From Vitrella brassicaformis CCMP3155 (taxonomy: Eukaryota > Protista > Chromerida), in assembly GCA_001179505.1 (NCBI GenBank), contig CDMY01000823.1:1-17533 (forward strand): DNA of 17,533 nucleotides, read 5' to 3'. The notes beneath the pieces are model-generated. The model did no database searches and was not told where the DNA came from. It was given only the letters and a program-made list of their open reading frames with translations. The translations under genes were made by a program, and so were the position numbers. Positions 9,789 to 17,533 of the stretch are shown piece by piece (the first letter of the stretch is position 1; every line of letters starts with the position of its first letter).

Positions 9789-10072
9789 CACTGCTGTTGG
9801 GACGTGTACTGGTGGTTGCAGGTTGAGTTTGTTGCCGCGTTCTCCTACCTCGACAACACCATCGTCATTTCCCGCACTCCTGCTCTTCTCTCTCGGCTAC
9901 TCTCTCGCCTCATACGCGTCGGTCGGCTGTCCTTCACTGCTGCCCAGCGTGTGCGCTACCCGTCTTGTTCGAAACCGCCTATCTGATCCTGCTCAAACCC
10001 GTCCTACCCTACTGATGCCCCTGCGTCGTCTAGTGTCTGTACCTGATCCTCGTCTGCCCCCTCTCTGCTGTC

Positions 10073-11373
10073 ATGTCCAAGCCCTCATCTCGTCCTCAAC
10101 CCTCTAATCTCGTCCGTTGCCCCCGCGTCCTCGACCCTCTGATCTCGTTCGTGGCCCCCTGCTCACCCCCTACGACGCGCCCAGAACCATTCGCGAGAAA
10201 GTCGACCGCTCGCTCAGGAAGGCGGCTTGCGACCGACAAGACGAGTACGAGCTGGTGGGGTTCCTCTACGCCAAGGAGCAGATCACTGACGAAATAGATG
10301 AGCTCGATGAGCGGCGCGACCAGTCGGCCATCTCGTGAAGGGAGTACGACAAAAGAGTGAACGACGCGCATCGCCGTCGGTCCGAGGTGCAGAAGGAGAT
10401 CGAGCGTCGCACGGCGACTCGGCGATCCCCTCCCCGCACTCGTGCGTCCCGTTCTCGGTCTCGTTCTCGTTCTTCTCGTCCCCCCCATTCGCCTCGTCAC
10501 TCGCCGCCCCCGCATCGACACGTCACGATCGACAGGAGCGGTGGTGTTGATCGTCGGTCGCGACGTCACGGAGTTGAGCTCAAGCCTGCTGCTATTGTCC
10601 AAGCAGAGCAAGCGGCGCGTGTGCAGACGACCGAGGCTGCTGAGCCGTCGCAACCGTCCGAGACCCAACAGCCCCCCACAAGTCCGCAGACGACCACACC
10701 ACAGCCCCCACTCGCCACGCCCGAGCATCAACACACGCACGACCCCAACACCGAAGAGGTCGACGACCACGAGGACGAGGAGCAACAGGGAGACTCTGAG
10801 GAGCGACACGACGACCACGAGGAGCAAGAGAGAGACTCTGAGGATCAGGAAGGCTCTGAGGAGCAAGGGCACGAGGACGAGCAAGAGCAGCAGGGAGAGC
10901 AAGGGCAGCAGGAAGCGCTCACAGCTGACGAGCAAGCCTTCACCCACCAGCAAGGCGCACAAGACGGTGCCTCTCAAGCCTACGTTCCCCTCTCCCTCAT
11001 TCCCGCCCTACCTGCTCGCTCTCCCGGCCCTAGTGTCTTCCCCCTAGACCCGGCGCGCATAGAAGGGCTGCGGTTCTACGTGCATTCTGTGGACCAGCTG
11101 TTCTACAAGGGCATCTGGTTGTGCGGCTTCTGCGGTTATCAGTCGGTGCGAGGCGCGTCGATTCAGCAGGGCGGAGAAGCGAAGTTCTGGTTCCAGCGGC
11201 CGGCGTGCTGCCCCCAGTGTCAGAGATCCGCACACGTGGCGTACACCAAAGCGGCCCCGGTGTTCGTCTATCCGTACGGGGAGGTTCTCGACTATTCGCA
11301 GTACCCCCCAGTGTATCTCACCGAGGAGGGTATTGAGGCTCGCCGCGAGCACATCGTGAACCTCGCGAAGTGA
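10073..11373 (+). pseudogene. Intronless ORF1 of an unknown module: coiled coil, RS-rich region, Q/E/D/H-rich linker and C-terminal C4 zinc-ribbon-like domain. Carries one frameshift and one in-frame TGA.
   Basis: ATG10073 (MSKPSSRPQPSNLVRCP) joins the 10117 frame (RPRPSDLVRGP, a repeat of the same motif) through the C5 run at 10120-10124. TGA 10336-10338 is in frame with the 338-aa ORF 10357-11373. The C-terminus is CGFC-x24-CPQC. Confidence 0.55.
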
Positions 11374-11541
11374 TCCCATACCCACTACTGCGACTCCTTT
11401 TTGCTGCCCCCTTCCCCGACCCTTTTCCTGCTGATCGCCGCTGCTGTCTCTGGTGCTGATCGTGTGTGTTGCTGTTCGGTGTTGATAGCTGAGAGACCTG
11501 TGGTGGTCGGTTCACAGTGGGACTTGTGTGTATATCGTGAA

Positions 11542-11611
11542 CAGATCGATTCCATCTTCCAGTTCGAATCCAACTTCCTGTTCGATCCCATTTTTCCTGT
11601 TCGAATCCATC
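11542..11611 (+). repeat. Four degenerate 18-19-bp tandem units, each containing a Pol III B-box-like core, ending right at the ORF2 ATG
   Basis: GATCGATTCC (11544), GTTCGAATCC (11562), GTTCGATCCC (11580), GTTCGAATCC (11599); ATG at 11612. Confidence 0.75.
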
Positions 11612-13724
11612 ATGTCACGTGCACAGCCACATTCATCCATGCATGCGAGTGACAGCATCTTGGGGCCCATGCCGTCACGTGTGCCATCTGACTCGAATGC
11701 TGCTGCTCATGGCCATGGATCAAATGAACCATCTGCTGCTGCTCATGGCCATGCATCACATGACCCATCTGCTGCTACTGCTGCTCTGTTCCATCCACTA
11801 CAGGCACCGCCGCCTCAGGCACCGCCGCCACAACCACCACATACACCTGCACGCATTGCATCACATAACACTTCATCGGGGCATTCGAGGAGGAATGTCG
11901 TCACACCTGTGGATGGAGGTGGGCAGCCGTCCAGCCGTCTCGCTGCGGCGAATGCACAGGCGACGATTACGGCATGGCGGGCGTCCGAGAGGTTGCAGGG
12001 AGACCGTGGCGGCCCCAGCGCATCCAGCAGGCCTGCTGCTGAGCGGCCGGACCACACCCTCTCTTTGCGTGAAGTCGTGGCCGACCCCAACCGGCTGAAG
12101 AGCATGCAGCTGCGCATGGGGAGCCGTATCCCCACATCCCCAAGCACGAATGCCCGCGCCGTTCTCGGTGCCCATCCATTCGCTGACGTGGGTCGACGGG
12201 GCTCTGGGGTCTCCACAGAGAGAGACGCTGCTGGGCTGTCGGACGGGTCGGACAGGTCGATTCAGAGAGACAGAGACAGGCGGAGACGAGACACTGATGA
12301 CGAAGGGCTTGTGTTTGATGATGACGGTGGCCAGAACTCCTCTTCACCATCGCCGCCCACCCCCAGGAACGGTGGGCCGACACTCGCCGCCACACGTGGA
12401 CAGTCGGATGGAGAGGTCTCAGGACGGGAGTCCGCTGCTGCAGAGCCGGTTGCCGCTACTGATGGTGGAGCTGCTGACGCAGACGCTGAGGATGACAATT
12501 CACCGGTGACGGTGAGGCAGCTCAACACCTCGCAAGACACCCAACCACAAACAGAGACACAGGGACGACCGTCGCAGGGACCTGCTCACCGGCGGTCTGA
12601 TGACACGTCAGACGAATCGATGACTGTTAGTAGAAGAGAGCTCGAGGCGCTGCAGGCTGAGCTGGCCAGGCTGAGGCGGGAGGCATCCTGCCGTAGCACT
12701 CCTGCATCGGTAGAGCTCCGTCTTCGGCCACGAGTGTCTGTGGTGATCAAGTATGGCGACATTTGCGAATGGAACTGGGCTCAAGTGCTGCCTGTTCTGT
12801 ACCCACCCACGACCTACCAGGATGCGGATCTTTTGTTGGCGACCTTGCAGGAGCAGATAGATGTGTTGGAAGGCCTCACTCATGCGAAGAGGCGGGGAGT
12901 CTTCTGGAATTGGGTGCAGAGAGCGGAGGAAGAAGGCATCGTCCGCTACGATGACGGCGCTGGAACGCTCACTCGTGTCACGGCGGACCGGCCGGGCTGC
13001 ACAGTCAGGCCCATCCATCTCCCGGAGGTTTCGGAGATCCCCACCCGCCCACCCGATCGCACGGCATCGATCCCGGGCGCGTCTGCTGAGTGTGCGGGGG
13101 GTGCGGCCGCACGCGGAAGGGCTGCTGCACGCGAGAGGGGCACACGAGAGGTCGGCCGAGAAGCGGAAGCACACCAACAGCACCGGCCAGAGGTGATGCA
13201 CCCGCAGCAACAGCCTCGCCCACAGATTCCCCGACTCGTATCGGTTGACCCGAGAACCGCAGGGCAGCCAGGGCAGAGTGCACCGTCGGCTCAGCAAAAC
13301 CATCCACATAATGCACCCAATGAGGACCACCACCCACCCCTCCGCATCCTGCAGCGAACATCTGCCGAGGGGCAAGACCGCCAAGTCCCCTTCACCGCAG
13401 TGCGACACATCGAGGCTCCACCCGTCGTCGCAGCGTCCAACCAGCAAGCCCACCACACCAACCAGCCGACACGCGCGGCCGCTGCGTATACAACGGCCGG
13501 CGGAAGCGGCGACCCAGATTGGCCGGACAGAAACCCTGGGGGCCGTGGTGGTGGACGTGGCAACAACGGAGGACGGGGGCCTGGTGGAGGGAACAATGGA
13601 GGTCGCCGTGACGGTGCTGGTGGAGAGGGGCGACGTGGTGGTGATCGCGATAGGGACCGACGAGACGATCGCCGACGAGATGAGAGGGGCCGTGACGGAT
13701 ACCTCGGCCCCCTCTTCGAGGATG
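11612..13724 (+). CDS. Intronless ORF2 (>700 aa, truncated by the gap). Mostly disordered, with a short coiled coil, a ~90-aa globular segment and an RGG/RD-rich C-terminal part.
   Basis: Open for more than 2.1 kb with no splice needed. N-terminal 36-bp tandem repeat at 11698-11769 (AAAHGHxSxxPS). Globular segment VVIKYGDICEWNWAQVLP...FWNWVQRAEEEGIVRYDD at about 12720-12990. Confidence 0.6.
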
Positions 13725-14024
13725 NNNNNNNNNNNNNNNNNNNNNNNNNNNNNNNNNNNNNNNNNNNNNNNNNNNNNNNNNNNNNNNNNNNNNNNNNNNN
13801 NNNNNNNNNNNNNNNNNNNNNNNNNNNNNNNNNNNNNNNNNNNNNNNNNNNNNNNNNNNNNNNNNNNNNNNNNNNNNNNNNNNNNNNNNNNNNNNNNNNN
13901 NNNNNNNNNNNNNNNNNNNNNNNNNNNNNNNNNNNNNNNNNNNNNNNNNNNNNNNNNNNNNNNNNNNNNNNNNNNNNNNNNNNNNNNNNNNNNNNNNNNN
14001 NNNNNNNNNNNNNNNNNNNNNNNN
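13725..14024. other. Assembly gap (300 N)
   Basis: Run of N. Reading frames across it are meaningless. Confidence 1.
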
Positions 14025-14431
14025 GGCCTCGTGTTTGATGATGACGGTGGCCAGAACTCCTCTTCACCATCGCCGCCCACCCCCAGGAACGGTGGGCCGA
14101 CACTCGCCGCCACACGTGGACAGCCGGATGGAGAGGTCTCAGGACGGGAGTCCGCTGCTGCACAACCGGCTGCCGCTGCTGATGGTGGGGCTGCTGACGC
14201 AGACGCTGAGGATGACGATTCACCGGTGACGGTGAGGCAACTCAACACCTCGCAAGACACCCAACCACAAGCAGAGGCACAGGGACGACCGTCGCAGGGA
14301 CCTGCTCACCGGCGGGATGATGACACGTCAGACGAATCGATGACTGTAGGTAGAAGAGAGCTCGAGGCGCTGCAGGCTGAGCTGGCCAGGCTGAGGCGGG
14401 AGGCATCCTGCCGTAGCACTCCTGCATCGGT
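14025..14431 (+). repeat. Diverged direct repeat of 12305-12711 (part of ORF2)
   Basis: Colinear at a constant offset of 1720. About 16 substitutions in 407 bp by manual count, with no indels. Confidence 0.92.
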
Positions 14432-15154
14432 GTACCAGCGCTCTCCTGGAGAGCTCTAGCAATTCCGACGACTTGCCGCTCCAGTCGCCAGACTTTTTTA
14501 ACCTCAGCTGCTGATTGGCTTACACGGAAGCATGGGCGACCAGCACGTCTCATCTAGAGTCGGTATCTCGAGCACCGATCTCGAACGCGTCGAAGCGGCA
14601 TTTGGCACATTCGCGCGGATTGTGCGGACCATCCCTTTGTTCGTTGTCCTGCCCAGCGGCGATCTCGTGACGCAGCTGTGCCCCGTTTTGACACTATGTG
14701 TTCGCGGATGAGTTTGAAAAGAGGATGCAGGTCCTCACTGGAGAGATGCAAGACGGAGAGACATCTTCATAAGGCTGCCGAATGAGCAAGCGGGGAGGGC
14801 CGCGGCGATGGCGAGCCTGAGCGGGTGGAGCAGCTGTGCCCTGTCTTAAACGCTTTGTCTTCCACCGGATCCCATTGGGAAAATGCAAAATGAAGAAACG
14901 TGACCGTGAGGATGACGGAAGAGCAAGTCGGCAGCCATTTTCTCCGCTTTTTTCCCACTTGGCCGAGCGCTTTCCCGTATTTCCTGTGATGGCATTACCT
15001 GCGATACGTAGATTTTTACATGTCTGCGACATAACGCCTCTATGGCAGGCGGCGAGGTATGTGATGTGAATAAGACTCGTTGGTGCTCAAAGAGACTCGG
15101 CCACACAACCGTCCCTTGATTGCAAAGGACTCATAAACATATGCACTGATAAAG

Positions 15155-16959
15155 TCAGACTAGCAGAGGCGAGTCGACGATGGCGAATCCGGCGGCGACC
15201 ACGCCCTCGTTACTGCCCTCATCCCAACAACATGGCCCACACACACAGATGCATACATACACATGAGCGGAATCACGCTTGTCCTTTGTGTGTACGTACG
15301 CACCTTGCTGCGCAGTAAGTGGCCGAGCGTCGCATTGTACACCTCCTCGCTTCCGTCCCTTCACATACAAACACACAAGCAGATCAGGTTATGCAGAGAC
15401 GGTCGAAGTGGCCATCTATCTCCACTGTCGGGCATCTTTTATCGGTCCCTCGCTCACATGACTTCAGCCGAGTAGATGCCCAGCTCAGCGAGGGATGACC
15501 GAACGAACGCCTTGAGGTCGGCCGTGTCGGTGCGGTCGAAGACGAGGGAGGGCAGCACTGGGGGGGCGGATCTTCTTCATCAGGATGTACTCAGACAGAC
15601 CCTCACCCTTCGTCAGTGCCCTCACTATTTCTGCATGCAGAGGACAAACACACCAGACGTACGTGTGTGCGACAGCAAGCCATCAGCATGATCGATCGCA
15701 CATTCGCCCACCTTGTCCGTGCAGGTTATTGCCTCCACCCTCTCTCTGTGGCTTCAGGACCCATTCTTCAGGATGCTGCAAAACACACACACACACACAC
15801 ATGCATTATATCCCTCAGCCACAGCAGCTTTCCTCACCTGGATGGCGTCCTTGACCTCCTTGCCGTCGGGTGCTGTGGACGGGTCCACTTGGGGCGCGAA
15901 CACCCCACGCACCGGCTGTCGGCTGCACATCGGCACAAATCGCTCCATTGTCGATGAGTCGCACCACAGTGCTTGCACCTGTGTATGTGTACAGCGCACA
16001 CAGCACAGAACAGAGGACCGTATGCGTGTGTGTCACCTCAGCAATCCATCGACACCCACGCCTGCCCACCATTTTGCATCCGACCAGGTGTGCCAGGCCA
16101 CTTGGGCACTTGACAGCATGCGACCATTCCAGCAGCTCACGGGCAGCCCAGCATCGATCGTCAGGCAGCTGGGGCGCGTAACCCGAGCGAAAATACACCA
16201 CAGTGAACTCTACGATCTCGTCAGGCGCTCTTTGCCACACGAGGCGGCCTGGTGTGGCGGCAGGGGTGCTTGTCGAGGGGTCGTCGGGCAGGATGCGGAG
16301 AGAGCCGCTCTCAATCGCATCAGCAAGCTCCTGGAAAGTACTGAAACAAAGGCAGAGGAGGAGGACACATACATGAATGGAGTAGCAGGTTGGCATTGGG
16401 TGGTGGGATGCGTCTGGGTCTGACCTTCGCCTGCACATAATGCCGTGTTTGTCGTAGAGTGCGAATTCCAGATGCCTCTGGTCGATTTCGTTGCGCTCAC
16501 TGTCGGGCACCATGTAGAGAATCGCCGCCCGACGACCGGAATCCCCTGGGCAAATCACATCGTGTGTGGGTGTGTGCATCTTGCCGATGCACATGTGGAC
16601 TCACTCACTCTTTATCGGTCGTCTTCTCAGGTAGGCCGCGTGTGCAGCAGCGAGGGCCTGACCACACACGCAACCACATCCATGCGCGGGCAAATGTCTG
16701 TCTGTCTTGTGCATATGTACACACACAGACGCACCGTGGCCATGTTGTCTGCAGGTGCATTTGGTGGGGAGATGTCGTTCACAGCGCTCTGCACCACCTT
16801 AGCAGCCGATGCAGTTTCTGCTCCTTGATCCACCTTGGCGTAAAGCTCCTCTGCCAAACGGCGAATGGCAAACCTGATATACATACAACTATAACACAGC
16901 ACATAGATAGAATGGGCTGACCACGCTGACCAACGCCCATACGTACCTGTTGAGTGCAG
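15155..16959 (-). CDS. GSS: Eukaryotic glutathione synthetase, 3' portion, possibly pseudogenised. Exons 16959-16947 (tentative), 16873-16735, 16657-16609, 16545-16425, 16340-16070, 15978-15838, 15775-15712, 15630-15458, 15358-15304, ~15223-15155.
   Basis: Spliced product has ERNEIDQRHLE, VVYFRSGYAP, WAARELLEWSHAVKCP, VLKPQREGGGNN, EYILMKKI, ELGIY, GHLLRSK and NEGVVAAGFAIVDSPLLV*. Intron phases are consistent. A G7 run at 15560-15566 breaks the frame. Confidence 0.88.
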
Positions 16960-17077
16960 CTAATGGGAGCATTGCAGCAGTTGGTGGGAGGAGTGGGAGC
17001 GGGACATGTGATGGGATTGGGAGGGTTGGGAGGGATTGAGATGGGAGCGATGGGGGGAGGCGAGATAGTGAGAAGCC

Positions 17078-17533
17078 TTACAGGCCTCGGCTGATGAAGT
17101 CCTCCGCAAAAGCACTGGCCCCAGCAGGTCCCCTCGCAGCTAGGGCTCTCTGAAAGCGGTGGACCACTTGGAGTGTATTGTACTTCCTCAGCTCCATGGA
17201 CAGAAGCTCGCTCCAATGATGATTACGCTCTCTCAGGAAGATACATCCTCGGATGCTGGGATGGCCGAAGGGCGCGTCTCCTCTTGGCGAGCGTCTTGAG
17301 GAAGGCAAGCATCGCGGGCGCCCAGCTGCTGAATGTCTCTGCGGCAAATGGGACAGAACGGAAGCCTCTGGCTTGAAGAGTGGGGCCGCACTTGTCGTCT
17401 TGGCTTTCTCGGCAAGGACCTTCCAACCCGAAAGCTGAGCACTGCACCGATTCACGTCTCTGTGAGAGCAGACGGGAGAGGCGTCGGGTCGGCAGGGGTG
17501 GGTGATGGTGACATCTAGAAGGGTTCCCTGGCC
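17078..17533 (-). mobile_element. 3' end of a third RLE non-LTR retrotransposon (CRE-like), frameshifted and continuing beyond the window
   Basis: LLDVTITHP...LAEKAK /fs ~17398/ DDKCGPTLQARGFRSVPFAAETFSSW..FLKTLAK /fs ~17240/ HWSELLSMELRKYN...GL, TAA 17078-17080. Same motif order as the element at 2277-3065. The 3' UTR probably extends towards ~16960. Confidence 0.8.

Noticed and set aside
11486-11611. tRNA gene or tRNA-derived SINE
   Set aside because: No cloverleaf can be built and the A-box match is weak. Kept only as a B-box-like repeat.
12608-14459. Long ORFs in the track that span the N run (836, 550, 404 and 310 aa)
   Set aside because: N codons mask stops and the gap length is only an estimate.
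9300-15150. LTR pair, primer-binding site or terminal inverted repeats bounding the two-ORF module
   Set aside because: I found no matching termini or convincing PBS by eye. The gap limits this check.
15815-16594. 259-aa ORF as a standalone gene
   Set aside because: It is GSS exons read through introns. The spliced model explains it.

Overview
A GC-rich eukaryotic genomic window with short GT-AG introns (about 55-110 nt) that are often TG/CA-rich. The style suggests a chromerid alveolate such as Vitrella, but that is inference only. I reconstructed three spliced host genes by hand: a chlorophyllase-like alpha/beta-hydrolase (+, 36-1291), a coiled-coil plus C-terminal RING E3 ligase-like gene (-, >=8453 to 4353), and the 3' part of a eukaryotic glutathione synthetase (-, 16959-15155) carrying possible lesions. 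Three different non-LTR retrotransposons with a restriction-like endonuclease (RLE) all lie on the minus strand: a 5'-truncated copy with an intact frame ending beside a (TG)16 tract (2242-3065); a near full-length decayed copy inside the last intron of the RING gene, splitting the RING domain (about 4468-8026); and the 3' end of a third copy running off the window edge, just upstream of the synthetase exons. Between these is an unexplained intronless two-ORF module (10073-13724). It has a C4 zinc-ribbon-like ORF, four tandem B-box-like motifs, and a low-complexity RGG-rich ORF, and is followed by a 300-N assembly gap and a ~96% identical partial duplicate. No prokaryotic features, CRISPR arrays or RNA genes are supported. 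All alignments and counts were done by eye.
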